64,000 nucleotides of DNA from Spizellomyces punctatus DAOM BR117 (taxonomy: Eukaryota). The notes beneath the pieces were generated by a model that ran no database searches, was not told where the DNA came from, and worked only from the letters and a program-made list of their open reading frames with translations. The DNA is taken from assembly GCA_000182565.2 (NCBI GenBank), contig KQ257452.1. The stretch is one strand, 5' to 3'. The stretch's first letter is position 1; every line of letters starts with the position of its first letter. Both the position numbers and the translations under genes were made by a program. This document shows, one piece after another, positions 39,117 to 53,098 of the stretch.

Positions 39117-41101
39117 AGGTGTGGTGGGGGGTGAGTAGAGGGGAGGAGAGTGGTAATGGTGGGAGAGGTGGCGAGGGGGTTGAAAGCTGGAATGGCGGGG
39201 CGGGTGAGGAGGGGGGGGGGTTTAGAAGAAGAAGCAGGGAATGTTAAACACTTTTCTTTTTTTTTACTTTTTTTTTTACTATTAATCAGTACGTTTATAA
39301 GTCCAGCATCTTTATTATTTTCATGATATGCGACAAGAATATTCATTTATTTGTGCCCATTTATCTCTGAATACCTGACATAGGAATGGTGGTTAAATGC
39401 CATCTGCAATGTCTGCCACGTATCACCTGCAGAGGATATAGCGTTTATTGTTAGAATGTATGTAATGTCCCATTGTCGTCAGAGGACTATTTTACATTTG
39501 ATATGAACCAACCGAGATGACCTGCGCATGTTTTCGGTATCATGATGTCTGTAATATCTGTCAATGCACAGGATACAACGTCTATTATTCGAATGTACAA
39601 GGGTGATCCGTTTGTCGTCCAAAGACTATCTTTTCTGATATGAACTAACACGTAACGCATGATTTTGTTATCAGTGTTATTTTTCCAGTCTTGGAATGTC
39701 GACTCTCTTGACAAGAACGACAAGATGCCCTTTTAAGTGTCTGTTGGATATGGACTAGTGTACAATATCATTCTCTGCTCTTTGGATCCATATCAACAAT
39801 TCGAGAGCCGGGACCAATCACCACAGTGTGGACGCGTTCAACGTCCCACAGTTTGTCATGTCTCGACGTTCACCAAAAGTCCGACAAAATACCGGCATGC
39901 TTGCACGAGAGAGGGTGCGCAGCAAGCAAGGGGGAAAAGCGGGCACGAGGAGAAACGTGAGGGAGTCGTTTGCATTGTCAGCAATGTCTAGTACAAAACC
40001 CCGCCGTTTCTCGAACCCCAAGGATCTGACCCCCATCGACCCCCATCAACCCCCATCGACCCTCACCAACCCCCAACTCCGCAACCCCCAAAATCCCAAC
40101 CCTCGGTCCAGTCGTTCAACGACGCATCTTCACACTTATGTCATCATACCCCTGGCACAGTCATGTAACTTCCCGCCAGAATTAAATTAATGTGCAGGGA
40201 CGGAGGGTGCACAGGAATCCATGATCGAGGGGTGTTGTGTGGATAAAGATGGGCTTGTAAATGTGACAATGTAGATGCGAAGGGCGTGTATTTTTGACAA
40301 GTTGATTAAATGATGTTAAGACTTGGTTGAATAGATCTGAATCATTTCTTACAGCCAAATACACTTATCATACAGTGATGAAATGTTACAAAGTGGGTGA
40401 TGTCGGTAAATATCGTATTCTCATGTATGTCTATATGTAATTGTCTACATCTGCATGTGTATGTATGTATGTGTGTGTGTGTTGTGATGTGCATTCTGAA
40501 TAAAGTCAAAAACCTCGTAAAAAAGAACCAAGCATCTGCTCCTTCCAACACGTCCCAGAAAGCGCGTCGGACTTGTAGTATTTTTTTCCCACGCTCCTTT
40601 CTGACGCGTCAAAGACTGGGGATTTTTTCCCACGCTCGTCTTATGGAGGCATTAAAGTGAAAGGTTGGGGAGCTTTGCAAGTAATGGATGTAGAAAGTGT
40701 TTGGATATTCAATTGGGACTACGAACGGACATTATGGACGGACATCTATTGGACATTTCAACGACTAGTTTTATTTCCTGTATATAGAGTCAAGGGGGGG
40801 TTTGTGACTTTGATGCTGTGTAAAGGAGAACTCTAGAGTCTGGTGATTGATATATGGCCATAAGTGAATATAAGTGAGCATGGATGGAAAGCGTTAGAAA
40901 ATCTCTAATCATAGGATATGTGTGAATGCATCTATTATTATAATGCATGAATTAGTGAGAGATTCTTATAGTGTTCAAGAGCATTAATGGAATGCAAAGA
41001 GTGGAAAGGGGCCTTTTGGGACGCGCTCTTCAAGTCAGAAGAGAGAGAGCGTGGGAAAATTGTTTTCATCTTTTGGACTCGATGTTTTTCTGTATTGCAC
41101 A

Positions 41102-41128
41102 CTTCTTCTTCTTCTTCTTCTTCTTCTT
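41102..41128 (+). repeat. (CTT)9 microsatellite
   Basis: Read directly from the sequence. Confidence 0.9.
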
Positions 41129-43502
41129 ACTACTGCAAGGCCTTTCTAGTATCCTAAGTCGTGCTTGACAATCGTTTACGTACTTGCGCTCTCGTGTATT
41201 CCTGCCTTTTCCCAGACCCGGTCCGGGCCGCGTGCGTTCACTCAACACCAAACTGCAAAAGGACAATAGCAAGTCCACCACACCTACACACACAGACTGA
41301 ACTGACCAGTGAGGCAACGACGTTTGACCAAAACAAACCACGTCACCGACAGGTCGTTTGCGTGACCTTGTTTTTTGTTTGCGACTTCAGCACGGTTTTG
41401 TGAGCGTTTACCTTGTTCGCGCTCTTTGGACGGGGGAGACATGCTTCCATGACCTAGAGTTGCCAAACAGGCGGCTGAAAGAAAAAAGTGAATAGAAGGG
41501 ACGATGATGCGTTATCGATAACGTAGAAAACAATACTGAACCATGTTACAAGTTTTGTCGCCCGACCAAAACACTATCATGCGAGGGTTATACCTGGGCG
41601 TGACCTACTTGTCTATCGTGCTACAAACTTATGCATTTGTATTGTTTGCTTAAAGGGACTGCATGCTGATCATCTGTCAGTGTCTTTGGTCCAAACATGT
41701 CGCGCTTTTGCAAAAGACATGTCATGTCGCTGATGAGATGTATCTGTCTAGACCCAATGTCGCGAACAATGCTTTTTGAACATGGGTCATGGATGACCTC
41801 AAGTATAGGTCACTACACCAGCCTCAACGATGCCAGACGGGCCAGCAAGTGGGACATGGGCGCGGTCCAAACGACCTGCGAAAAAATAGTAACAGCCAAG
41901 CGAGAGCGGACTTATGGAGAGTATAGTGGTGGGCCGTGCTAGCGGCAGCTATACCGTCCATTTGCGTCCGTTTATTTTTTCTCACTGTAAAACAGGAAAA
42001 GACAGCATATTCCTTTCGTCGTAGATCCATGTTCTTCAGCTTATGAATTATATAAAGCACGGTGATACTCTTCTGTTTTACATCTATGGTACTCTAGCCA
42101 TCTCTCTTCCAGGGTATATGCAGGGGAACCATGCTATGATTCGTCCATTATCGCATTCAAGACCTTGGCATGTGGCGAGTGCGTCCTTGGAAAAACCAAG
42201 GCTAAGCTCCAACATATGGGTTTGCTTGGAACAAAGAGCATGAATATGGGTGCTCAAGTAGGGCGAGATGCACAAACAAATGACATGATTGGGAGAAACG
42301 GTTTAGTAATTGTAATGGGGTGGATATCTCCCCGCTTTTTGCTGCAACGTAAGCCGAGATTGCAAGAATACACAGTATCGGTTTACTTGGAACAAAGAGC
42401 ATGAATAGTTATCATGAATAGTAGTCATTGGAAAATGACGCTGGTAAAGATGTCCAAATAAAAAAAAGCAATCTGAATATGCGTGCATTGAAGGTAAATC
42501 CCCCGCACTTGGAAATGCCGTCGCTCAAGCATAAAAGAATCATCCTCTGCATCCCCTCCGCTCCTTTGTCCGTATCTAGTCTTCCTACTACTTGTCTTTT
42601 AACATCTCCCATTCCTAACCCTAACCTACTTCTCACGTGCTTAGCATTCCAACCTCAACTTATCAGCAATTACCACTCCAACCACACTGACTCATTCGAA
42701 CCCAAACATTTTTCTCAAGTGAGTTTTTCCCACGCGAATTGGGCTTTTGTTGGGCCATAACGGGGCCGCTTCTCTCCTTCCTTCACCTGTCGGGTCTGTT
42801 GCTCTTGGGGTTTAGAGCTTGTATTTTTTTATTTCTTTTTTTTGGGCTTTCGCCATCCGTCATCGTCGTCGTCGTCGTTTGTTACTGTCATTGTTATTCG
42901 GCTGTGTTGGGCCGGTTAACGGAATAGTTGGGGGCTTGTTTTTTGATAGTGGTGCGTTGGAGATAAAAGTTGCAGTCCCGGGCCCGTGTTGTCATCGTTC
43001 TTTTCCGTTTTGCTGACCTAGTTTCTCTTCTTCTTCTTTTTTCTATCCAACTTACCTTGTTCTTTTGTCTCCTCCCCTGGTGTCTTCCTGTCCTCACGCA
43101 CTTTGGGCTCCCTCGCTTTCAACTGTCGAATCCGCCGCACAACATTCGGACGTCATCCGTTGCAATTTCCATCATCTTTTGTTTTCGGCTCATTCAAACG
43201 ATTGGGTTATCGGATGCGCCTCGGTTCACTCTGCGAATTTCCTTGTATTCAACTTGCACACGTTACATTTCTTGCCGCGCATCGGCCATCACTTCATCGA
43301 CGTGCGGATCCCGGATTGTCATGCATGACGTTCGCGCCTTTCCTCGTCGATACCTTACCACGGTGTTTGCTGACTGTCTCAAACTTTACGCCTTGTTTGA
43401 CGCTCCTACGCTGTTTTCGACTTTTATCGGGATTCATCACGTTTCGTCATGCACCACCACACCTCGACACATGTCCATCGCGGTTCATGACAATGCATTA
43501 GC

Positions 43503-45704
43503 ATGCTTTTTCCTCTTTTCAAGAAAGCTACCAAGGTTTCTTCTTCCGACGCTACCACTGCCACTGCTACTACCAGCGCCAAAGGTCCTATCAACAGAGT
43601 CTCGCACTCCTTGTTTTCGCTTGCACGCCAACAGTCCTTTGCAAGCGTCAACGAGTCCCAGTGCTTCCAAGAGGTCTACGTCAAGGAAGCGGCTCGCCTG
43701 GTCAACGAGAGCCGCGACTATTTCGCCAACGAAGAGGGCGAAGAAGACTCTATCCCCGCCCTTGTCCCCGTCCATCAAAGGGGGACCAACGGTACCGGAC
43801 GCAAGCGTCACGGACCAAAGGACGCTCGCCGCGCAGCCCACAAGAGCGCCGAGCGCGTCAAGGCCAGGTTTCACCGCCTGGTCTTAGCCCTTGCGACACC
43901 TATTACGTCGCTGGCCGCCCCACCCGCCGAACCCACCATGCCTGCCCCCAACGCACAAGGCGCACCCGGCTCCAACGCCGCAGCTCCAAATGCGTCCCCC
44001 CAGGCCACCCAAGCCCGCCACGATAGCGCCAACCGCCATCGCCACCACCATTCCCAGGGTAGCGCCAAGATCGGCTACTCTACGGGGCCAACTATCGTTG
44101 GCGGGCACTTTAAGGTTGGGAAGAAGATTGGAGAAGGATCCTTTGGGATCATTTACGAAGGTTAGCATGACATTGTGTTTTTATTTAATATTTCGCTCTG
44201 GACTGACGTTTGTTTGCATTAATTAGGTGTGAACCTCAAGACCAACACACCTGTCGCGATAAAGTTCGAGCCCCGGAAGGCCGAAACCCCACAGCTGCGC
44301 GACGAGTACCGCACCTACAAGATCCTGTCGGGGTGCGCGGGGATCCCGTCGTGCTACTACTTTGGCCAGGAAGGGCTCCACAGTGTCCTGGTCATTGACC
44401 TCCTCGGGCCAAGTTTGGAGGACGTGTTCGATTTATGCGGCCGCAAGTTCAGTGTCAAGACGGTCTGCATGTTGGCGAAGCGGATGATCAGGTTGGTGCA
44501 GGTAGTCCATGAGCACAACCTGGTGTACCGCGACATCAAGCCGGACAACTTCCTCATCGGGAGGATCCCCCGATACAACGAGAAGGTCACGACGGATCCG
44601 GAGAGTGCGGATCCATACAGCATCGTAGAGAACCACTCGTTGGAGAGCCCGTCGCCGGCGTCGCAAATATACCTCGTCGACTTTGGTATGGTCAAGCAGT
44701 ACCGGGATCCGAGGACTGGTGTCCACATTCCCTTCCGCGAGAAGAAGAGTCTCTCGGGTACGGCGAGGTATATGTCCATCCACACCCACCTTGGCAGAGA
44801 GCAAGGGCGGCGCGACGACATGGAGGCTCTCGGCCATGTGTTCTTCTACCTGTTGAACGGGCACCTCCCATGGCAAGGACTCAAGGCCACGTCAAACAGA
44901 CAAAAGTATGAACGAATCGGGGAGGTCAAACAAGCCGTCAGGATTGACGATCTTGGGCGACCCAACCCCGAGGAGTTCTGCTTTTACCTCGAGTACGCCA
45001 GATCAATGGCGTTTGACGAAGAGCCCAACTATGACGGGGCCTGCGAGATGATTGACCAGGTGATGAAGAAGAACAACCTGGTCGATGACGGGGTGTTCGA
45101 CTGGATGGAGGTGCTGGACGAGCAGCGGGAGGCCAAGAGAGAGCGGGAGGAACGCCGGCTCCGGATGACAGAAGAGGAGCGGCGCGACGATGATCGCCGG
45201 GAGAGGGAGGAGAGGTTGGAGAGGGAGAGGGAGGAGCGGTACGAGCAGGAGCGGCGAAGGCTCGAGTACGAGAGGGAGGTGTTGTGGCGGAGTCCCAAGC
45301 TGCGGGAGCAGATGGGATCGTACTTTTCGTCATCGCCAGCGGGGTCGACGGGAGTACCACCAGCAAAACCCCACAACAGCCTCCAGCCAATCCAGGGGGG
45401 TTCCCAGGTCCAAAAGTCTGGGTCCGCGCTCCATGCTCGAGGCGGCCTGCGGGAGCAAGGCCAAGGGGCGAGTCGGGGAGAGGGGTCAGGGACGGGGCAG
45501 CGGGCGTCGGCAGCGGAGGTGCCTGAGACCGGGGCGGCGGTGAAGGCAGAGGCGGCACCGCAGGCGGTGGCAGCACCTGCGGGGGGCACGCAGACTCAAG
45601 GGGGAGGGGAAGCGCAGGGGCGGCAGGCGGTGGATGGGCGAAAGTCGCGGCGGCGGTGGTGGCACAAGATGTTTGTGTGGTGTGGGATTGGGGGGAGCAA
45701 GTAA
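43503..45704 (+). CDS. Casein kinase I (Yck/CK1-gamma-like) with long N- and C-terminal extensions
   Basis: KIGEGSFG, VAIKFE, LLGPSLEDVF, RDIKPDNFL, SLSGTARYMS, LPWQGLKA. One intron at about 44161-44226. Confidence 0.92.
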
Positions 45705-47065
45705 AGGGGCCGTGCGGCGACGGGGGTTGAGGGCGTTGGCGGTTGGGGGCGACTTGCGGTGGAGGGTCCTTGAGCGGTGTGGATTAGACGGCGACGGGGG
45801 AGACCGAGCAGCGAACGGAATGAAAGAACGAAAAGAAAAAAAGAAAAGCGTGTAATAAAGACGGGGCAAGAACTGTTCATTTTTTTCTTTTTGGGAAAGC
45901 CTTACTCGACAACGGGGGTTGAGTTGAGGTTCCTCAAAAAAGAGAAAACCTTGTAATATTCCGCACCGACGGAAAAAGTCAAACTTGGGGGGGCGACTTG
46001 AGAAAAAAGGAATTAGTAGGGAAAGTTAATGGTGTTCCCTGAATATATCAATTATTATTTTTTTTTTCCTTTCTTAATGATATGGACCTCGTTTTCTCTT
46101 GTTTCTGTCCTTGTTATCAATTGTTGTGTGTTTTTTTTGTCTTGACGTATAAGACTTTGTGTGCAATGCGTGTTTTTGTGGTGTAGACATGCCACTCTCC
46201 TTGGGTGCCATCAAAGGAATGGACAACGCCGATCCTTTGTTAAGATGCTATTCATCACATGGTTAAGCTGCTCATAAAACCTCTTGCTTTTGTCGGTTTG
46301 TATTCGTTCCTGGATGTTGTAATCGTCCGCCTTTTTCTGCATGTGGTAGTTGCTGATGATGGATTGGGGACTTAATTGTGTTTGTGTGTGTGGATTTGAT
46401 GTGAATGGTGGTGTTCAAGGTGGGTCATTACTCGATAGGATGGACATTGTTGTAAATGGTAGGTGATATGGAGTAAAGGTTGGCGCTGCTATGTACTTTT
46501 TTTTAAAAAAAAAAACAAAACCATATTGATAATGTATCGTTTGGTAGAAGCTGTACATTGAGAACCCTTTCATGTATTTACCTTGATTTCAGATACATCC
46601 GCGCCTGTACTTCAACGTTACAGATATAATGAAAGTACTTTTTTTTTACTGCGCGGCTTTGTCACTTTGCTTCATTACCCACTTTTTTTGTGTAGTATAG
46701 AGTGATTTGTGCGGTGTTTGTAACGGGTTTTCACCCCTCAAGGTGGTTCCATGGGAGGTCAATAGTAGCTTTTAATAAATCACATCCATTCTGCGTTTTA
46801 GTGGGCTTCAACAGATCATGTAGAAACACTACATGTAGCAACTGTTGGGGCATTATAACTATCGTAGATGCAAATGGGTTTTACCAATGATCGATAGATG
46901 AGCTTGAGCGGTTTAAATGATTTGGCGACAAAACGGTCCAGTTCTAAATCCATATAGATAAAAGGCAAGCAGAAGCAACACGGGTGCCATCATTATCACC
47001 AAAAGTACCGAATTTCTATGGTTTGGTGCAATGTGGATGCGGTCATTGTTTGGTTTTGTTTATAT

Positions 47066-47970
47066 TGAGTGGGGTTGCGTTCAACGTGATCATCCATTAC
47101 ACGACGTATATCCTGGGTAATACCTAGGGATATTAAATATTTTTGAATACGTACAGACTTCGTGAGTGAGTGCGGTTGGTGGATGATGCAGCAAAGATGG
47201 GCAGTGGAAACATTTAGTGGAATTGCGGCTATATGGGGAATAAACGGAATTAAACGCTTGTAGATGAGGTCGTTTTGCAGCTCCCAGTTGAATGCACTAG
47301 CCTAACTGAGGGACCTGGAGACGAGCCGGCAGCTCCTACGAGTTGGATGCGCTTCCTGTTCAGGGACTATAGGTCTTTAAACAGGTTTGAAATTTGCTCT
47401 TGCAGAGAGCCGTTGGTCGATTTGTTTATACTCGATGGTTTGGCGCCCCGTTCATGGGGCTAGATGTGTCTGTAGTGTAATATCCCAGTTAATTCATGCG
47501 GAGACAATCCAGCGAGGTTGGATTAATTTACCAGGATCTGAGTATATGATTAGATTCCTGGATTTTTGAAGATTTTGGAAAGTAAAGCGTATATTTAAGA
47601 CTGATGTCGCAGTGACGAATAACATCATGCCAATCCCAAGAACAAAACTAAACAAATACTGGGTGGTGTTGCGTGTTGCTTCAACGTGAGCATCCATTAC
47701 ACGACGTATATACTGGGTAATACCTAGCGATTGTATATATTGATTGAATCACTGTAGTGGATGGATTAAGATGAGAAGATGGGTGCGGGTCTTGTCGCAA
47801 AATTGGAAATATTTATTGTAGTTCCAGCTATGTGGGGAAATAGAATGGTTTGGTTTGTTTATAATCACTGGTTTGGGTGCCCGTTCGTAAGGAAGGGGGA
47901 TCTTAAAGACGGATGTCGCAGTTACGAATACCATCATGCCGATCCCAAGAACAAACAAAACAAATATATT
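47066..47970 (+). repeat. Diverged tandem duplication (A-B / A'-B')
   Basis: The 47081 block recurs at 47681 (600-bp offset) and the 47597 block recurs at 47906. Confidence 0.8.
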
Positions 47971-48118
47971 TATTAAACTTCTGTTTTCTTGTGGTGGGGG
48001 GTCAGAATGGCTTGACGGAGCTTGCGGGCTTATTGCAGAATCACGATCGACATGATATCATCACTTGCAAACACGTCAGGCAAGCTTTTGAACATGGTTT
48101 TTCTTGAAGCTTTTGACG

Positions 48119-49016
48119 ATGGCTTGCCATGGGAATACCAAGAAAGGATATCCGTGCAGCTTTAAGGATACTACTGGTTACGGTTACTGCGGAAAACATG
48201 TTGGGTGTGCTCTGAAGTTGGAGGGGATACCGCCGCTTCATGTGAAAAAGCCATCCAAGAAGACCCATTCACATGGTACAGAGGGGAGCTGTGAGCCCCA
48301 ATATGACTACTACCGGATCAGCTATGGGCCATCCTACCTACCCGAGTATCCAGTCGAGCCCCAATATGACGACTACGAATATAACTCTGATGAGACACTC
48401 TACCTAACCCAGCATCCCGTCACACGCTGGTTTGGGCCCAAGCTCGACAAAGAGCGTGAGGCTCGCGAACTTGCTTTTTGTGACGAGGTCGAAAATACCA
48501 AGCCGTCAGACGAATGGGTCAAGAGGCAGCACGAATACTTGAACGCCAATCCATCTTTACGACAGTTGCTTGATATGGTGATGAGTAGTACCAGTGAATT
48601 TAGACCAAAGGGAAAACAATTGCCATCGAATCTTCGTCTTTTGATCAAGGTACTACCTTTGCACGATTCCACCAATTCACTGAACTGACGTTTGCTAATA
48701 GGGAATTTGGGAAGCACCACGGACAGACCGCGATATTATTGTGTTTCATGGCAGACCCCAGCCAACCCTCGAACTAGACGGCTTACGGACGCTCTGCACT
48801 TCATATGATTATGATTGCGCCAAAAGATTTGGTGGATGGGTCCTTCGGCTCAGAATCCCACAGGGAACGCCGGCGATCTTTATCGGTGGAGACGAGGACG
48901 AGATTCTCTTGCCTCCAGGATTCCTGACGAAAGGAGGGTATCATAGTCCCGTGGATTCTATTAAGATGCCATCAGCGACATTCATATGGCGCGAGGATCT
49001 CAACCTCGACGGGTGA
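48119..49016 (+). CDS. CCCH Zn-finger + ADP-ribosyltransferase (VIP2/C3 exoenzyme-like) domain protein, 2 exons (~281 aa)
   Basis: N-terminal C-x9-C-x10-C-x2-H. The in-frame intron 48650-48701 gives EAPRTDRDIIVFHGR...LCTSYDYDCAKRF...VLRLRIPQGTPAIFIGGDEDEILLPPG. Confidence 0.7.
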
Positions 49017-49602
49017 AAACACTGGATGAATTTGATCGCCGCCTTTTCTCGCACACTAGAAGCCATGAGACGATATTGACCATAGGATCAAGTGATGAAC
49101 ACAGAGGATAGCCTTTTTAAATCCATTCGCATCCAATTAGCAGACATGTCGAAAAACAAGCACAAGAAGGAGCACAACTCGGCAAAGTGATTTCTTATCC
49201 TTAAAGCATTTCTTGCGTGATTCAAAAGGGGCGATTTATGTCCAACCGGAGACTGCGGCAACATTGTTCATACTCGAAAAACACCATAATGAATGCAATT
49301 TGGAGAGTGTTTTTGTTATCTGCTGGTCTTTCCGTGCCGACGAAATGCCCCCAAACTAGCATGCAACTAGTAGCAGTATGGAGATTTCAGTCTTTTTGTG
49401 CGATGCATGTATTTTTAAATATCATCTTGATGTCATTTGTGTGTTGTCGTGGTCCTGTGATTTTGGAGTCGTATTTTTTGATATACCTTTGAAAGCCATG
49501 TAAATCTCTAATTCATCAGATTCACAGTTGCAATTTCACAATGGAAGCTGCAAGTAATGGGAAATCATCATTACATGGAGGACCCCATTGCAATTTATAC
49601 AA

Positions 49603-49674
49603 GCTCGTATGGTTTAGTGGCATAACGTCGCCTTCACACGGCGAAGGTCCTCAGTTCGATCCTGAGTACGAGTA
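49603..49674 (+). tRNA. tRNA-Val(CAC), third copy
   Basis: Identical to 26207-26278. Confidence 0.93.
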
Positions 49675-50220
49675 TCCCTCAAGCGGTGAAAAACATTTTT
49701 TTATATGCGTTCGGCGTTCCATACTCAAGATCCTTCTTTAGTGTCAGACGGATATCCTGCAAATGCTGCTCATGATACGCAGTCCATATTTAACATTCTT
49801 CTGCTCTATTTCCATTTGATGATCTCATCATCATGATATAAGTCATTGCAGTTTACTTTTGCCGAATCAATCATCATCTCTCTCCTCCCGGATTCTGCCG
49901 AAAGAAAAAGGTCTCCAGACCTTTTATCAAAAATTGTTTTTGTTTTTCTTGTTGCTTCCTTGGAGACCAAACGGGCAACGAGATGCAGTGGCGTAGTCAT
50001 GTTAAAAGATTTCATATTCATGCCACTTTCCCACGCGCCCCCCGTTTCCCCCCGGTTGGAATTCGAGTTTTTCTTGTGTGAGTTTTGAACTGACCTTTTT
50101 GTTCATCTTGCATTTCATCCCTCATCCCGCTCCTCAAGTGTGTGGAGAAGGAGAAAAGTAACTTTGACTCCTACATAATACCCCATACGAAACTAGTCAC
50201 ACTTGCATAGCACTGCAGCA

Positions 50221-53098
50221 ATGCTCGTGCCCAAAACCATCACAAAGGTATGTATATCTTACTGGCAAGATGGAGGCAAGATGGGCGGAGCGACGAGAAA
50301 ACTGTCTGGTGTTTTGGGTGGGATGAGTATAGGCTTGATGGAACAATCTATGGTGCCATTATAGCTGTTGCAATGATCAGATAGCATGTATTTTTGTCGG
50401 ATTTGAGAAAGATTCGATATTGATAAAAAGTTTCCGATGGTTTATGCAGGCTGCCCGCAGCAGCGGTGTTATCCGCACCATATCGGCACGCGGATATGCC
50501 AGAATTGCCGACACAAAGGTCGCAATGTCTCAGTTTGAGCAGGAAAAGTTCATCAACTACCAGCGTATCGAAGACAACTTGAAGATTGTTCGCGACAGGT
50601 GAGTTACTCAGTGTGTGATTACTACTTGTGCTTATGATGTGTGTTGACTTTGAACGCTGCGATACAGACTTCAGCACCCTCTTACGTTGGCTGAGAAGAT
50701 CGTCTATGGTCACTTGGACGACGCCAAGAACCAGGACATCAAGCGGGGATCCTCCTACTTGAAGCTCCGTCCTGACCGTGTTGCGTGTCAGGATGCCACC
50801 GCCCAAATGGCTCTTCTGCAATTCATGTCCGCCGGTCTTCCCACTGTCGCTGTCCCTACCACCGTCCACTGTGATCACTTGATTGAGGCCCAGAAGGGCG
50901 GAGACAAGGATCTTCCCCGCGCTGAGGAAATCAACCGTGAAGTCTACGACTTTTTGGCCACATGCACAGCCAAGTACGGCATCGGTTTCTGGAAGCCAGG
51001 ATCTGGTATCATTCACCAAATCATCCTCGAGAACTACGCTTTCCCTGGTGGTATGATGATCGGTACCGACTCTCACACACCTAACGCTGGTGGTTTGGGT
51101 ATGGTCGCCGTCGGTGTGGGTGGTGCCGATGCTGTTGATGTCATGGCCAACATTCCCTGGGAATTGAAGTGCCCCAAGGTTATTGGTGTCAAGCTTACCG
51201 GCAAGATGAACGGATGGACCTCTCCCAAGGGTGAGTCTTTGGTTACAACGTACGTGTGAAGCGTATCGCTTTTGACCATTATTCTTCTTGCAGACGTCAT
51301 CTTGAAGGTTGCTGGTATCCTCACTGTCAAAGGTGGTACAGGTGCCATTGTTGAATACTTTGGCTCTGGTGTCGACTCCATCTCTTGCACTGGTATGGCT
51401 ACCATCTGTAACATGGGTGCTGAAATTGGTGCCACCACCAGTTTGTTCCCTTACAACCACCGTATGGCCGACTACCTTTCGGCTACCAACCGTTCTGACA
51501 TTGCTCAGTACGCCAACACCTTCCGCCACAACCTCACTGCCGACGAGGGTGCCAAGTGAGTGCGAAAATAGAAAGCGTGTTGTATGTATGCCGTCGCTCA
51601 TCTATTTGCTATTATCTAGGTACGACCAGGTCATTGAAATTGACTTGAACACCTTGGAGCCCCACATCAACGGTCCTTTCACCCCCGATCTTGCCACCCC
51701 CATCAGCAAGTTCGCTGCCGCTGTTGAGAAAAACAACTGGCCCGCAGAAATGAAGGTGGGAATGACTTGAACAGAGTTTGTAGTCGGGAAATCTGTACTA
51801 ATCGTATGTTCAACAGGTTGGTTTGATTGGATCTTGCACCAACTCCTCCTACGAGGACATGGACCGCGCTGCCAGCTTGGCCAAGCAAGCCCTTGATGCT
51901 GGTGTGAAGGCCAAGTCCCAGTTCGTCGTGACCCCTGGTTCCGAGCAAATTCGTGCTACCATTGCTCGCGACGGTCAAATGGAGATCTTTGAGAAGATTA
52001 ACGGAACTGTTTTGGGTACGTTTGTGATAGAGTGATGCCATGATATAGACATTCGCCCTAACCTCGCATGTTTGGCTAGCCAATGCCTGTGGTCCTTGTA
52101 TCGGTCAATGGGATCGTCAGGACGTGAAGAAGGGCGAGGCCAACTCCATTGTGACTTCATACAACCGTAACTTTACTGGTCGTAACGATGCCAACCCTGC
52201 CACCCACGCTTTCGTCACCAGCCCTGAGCTTGTCACCGCCATGGTTTTCGCTGGCGACCTTCGTTTCAACCCCTTGACGGACAGTCTCAAGACCGCCGAC
52301 GGCAAAGAGTTCAAGTTCAAGGCTCCCTACGGCGAGGAGCTTCCCCCCAAGGGTTACGACCCTGGCATGAACACCTACCAGGCTCCCCCCGCTGATCGCT
52401 CGAACGTCAGCGTCAAGGTGTCTCCTACTTCGAACCGTCTTCAGCTCCTTACCCCCTTCAGCAAGTGGAACGGAAAGGACTACGAAGAGATCCCAATTCT
52501 GATCAAGGTCAAGGGCAAGTGTACCACTGACCATATCTCCATGGCTGGTCCCTGGCTCAAGTACCGTGGTCACCTGGACAACATCTCCAACAACATGTTG
52601 ATCGGTGCCATCAACTCTGAGAACGGCAAGGCCAACTCTGTCAAGAACCTCCTCAACGGACAATTTGAGCCCGTTCCCCAGACTGCTCGTGCCTACAAGG
52701 CTGCCAACATCCCCTGGGTGGTGATTGGTGACGAGAACTATGGTGAAGGTTCTTCCCGTGAGCACGCTGCTCTCGAGGTTCGTCACCTTGGTGGTGTTGC
52801 CGTCATTGTCAAGTCATTCGCTCGTATCCACGAGACTAACTTGAAGAAGCAAGGTGTCCTCCCCTTGACTTTTGCCGACCCCAAGGACTATGACAAGATT
52901 GAACCCTCGGACAAGGTGTCCATCATTGGTCTTACAAGCTTTGGTCCTGGAAAGCCCGTGACTCTGCGACTCACCAAGAAGGATGGAAAGAAGGTTGACA
53001 TCAAGCTCAACCACACCTTCAACGAAGGCCAGATCGAATGGTTCAAGGCTGGTAGTGCATTGAATTTGATGGCTGCCGCTGCCAATGCGCGTGCATAA
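50221..53098 (+). CDS. ACO1: Mitochondrial aconitate hydratase
   Basis: [63 protein letters not shown]. Short first exon 50221-50247. Confidence 0.97.

Noticed and set aside
42219-42407. 28-bp direct repeat pair 161 bp apart
   Set aside because: Only two copies with no associated structure; probably a local duplication.
42970-43887. 305-aa plus-strand ORF
   Set aside because: Non-ATG start, pyrimidine-rich UTR-like composition, and overlap with CK1 exon 1 in another frame.
44357-45880. Several overlapping ORFs around the CK1 3' half
   Set aside because: GC-rich alternate-frame or antisense shadows of the CK1 gene.
50348-52786. Long minus-strand ORFs (417 aa, 209 aa)
   Set aside because: Antisense shadows of codon-biased aconitase exons.
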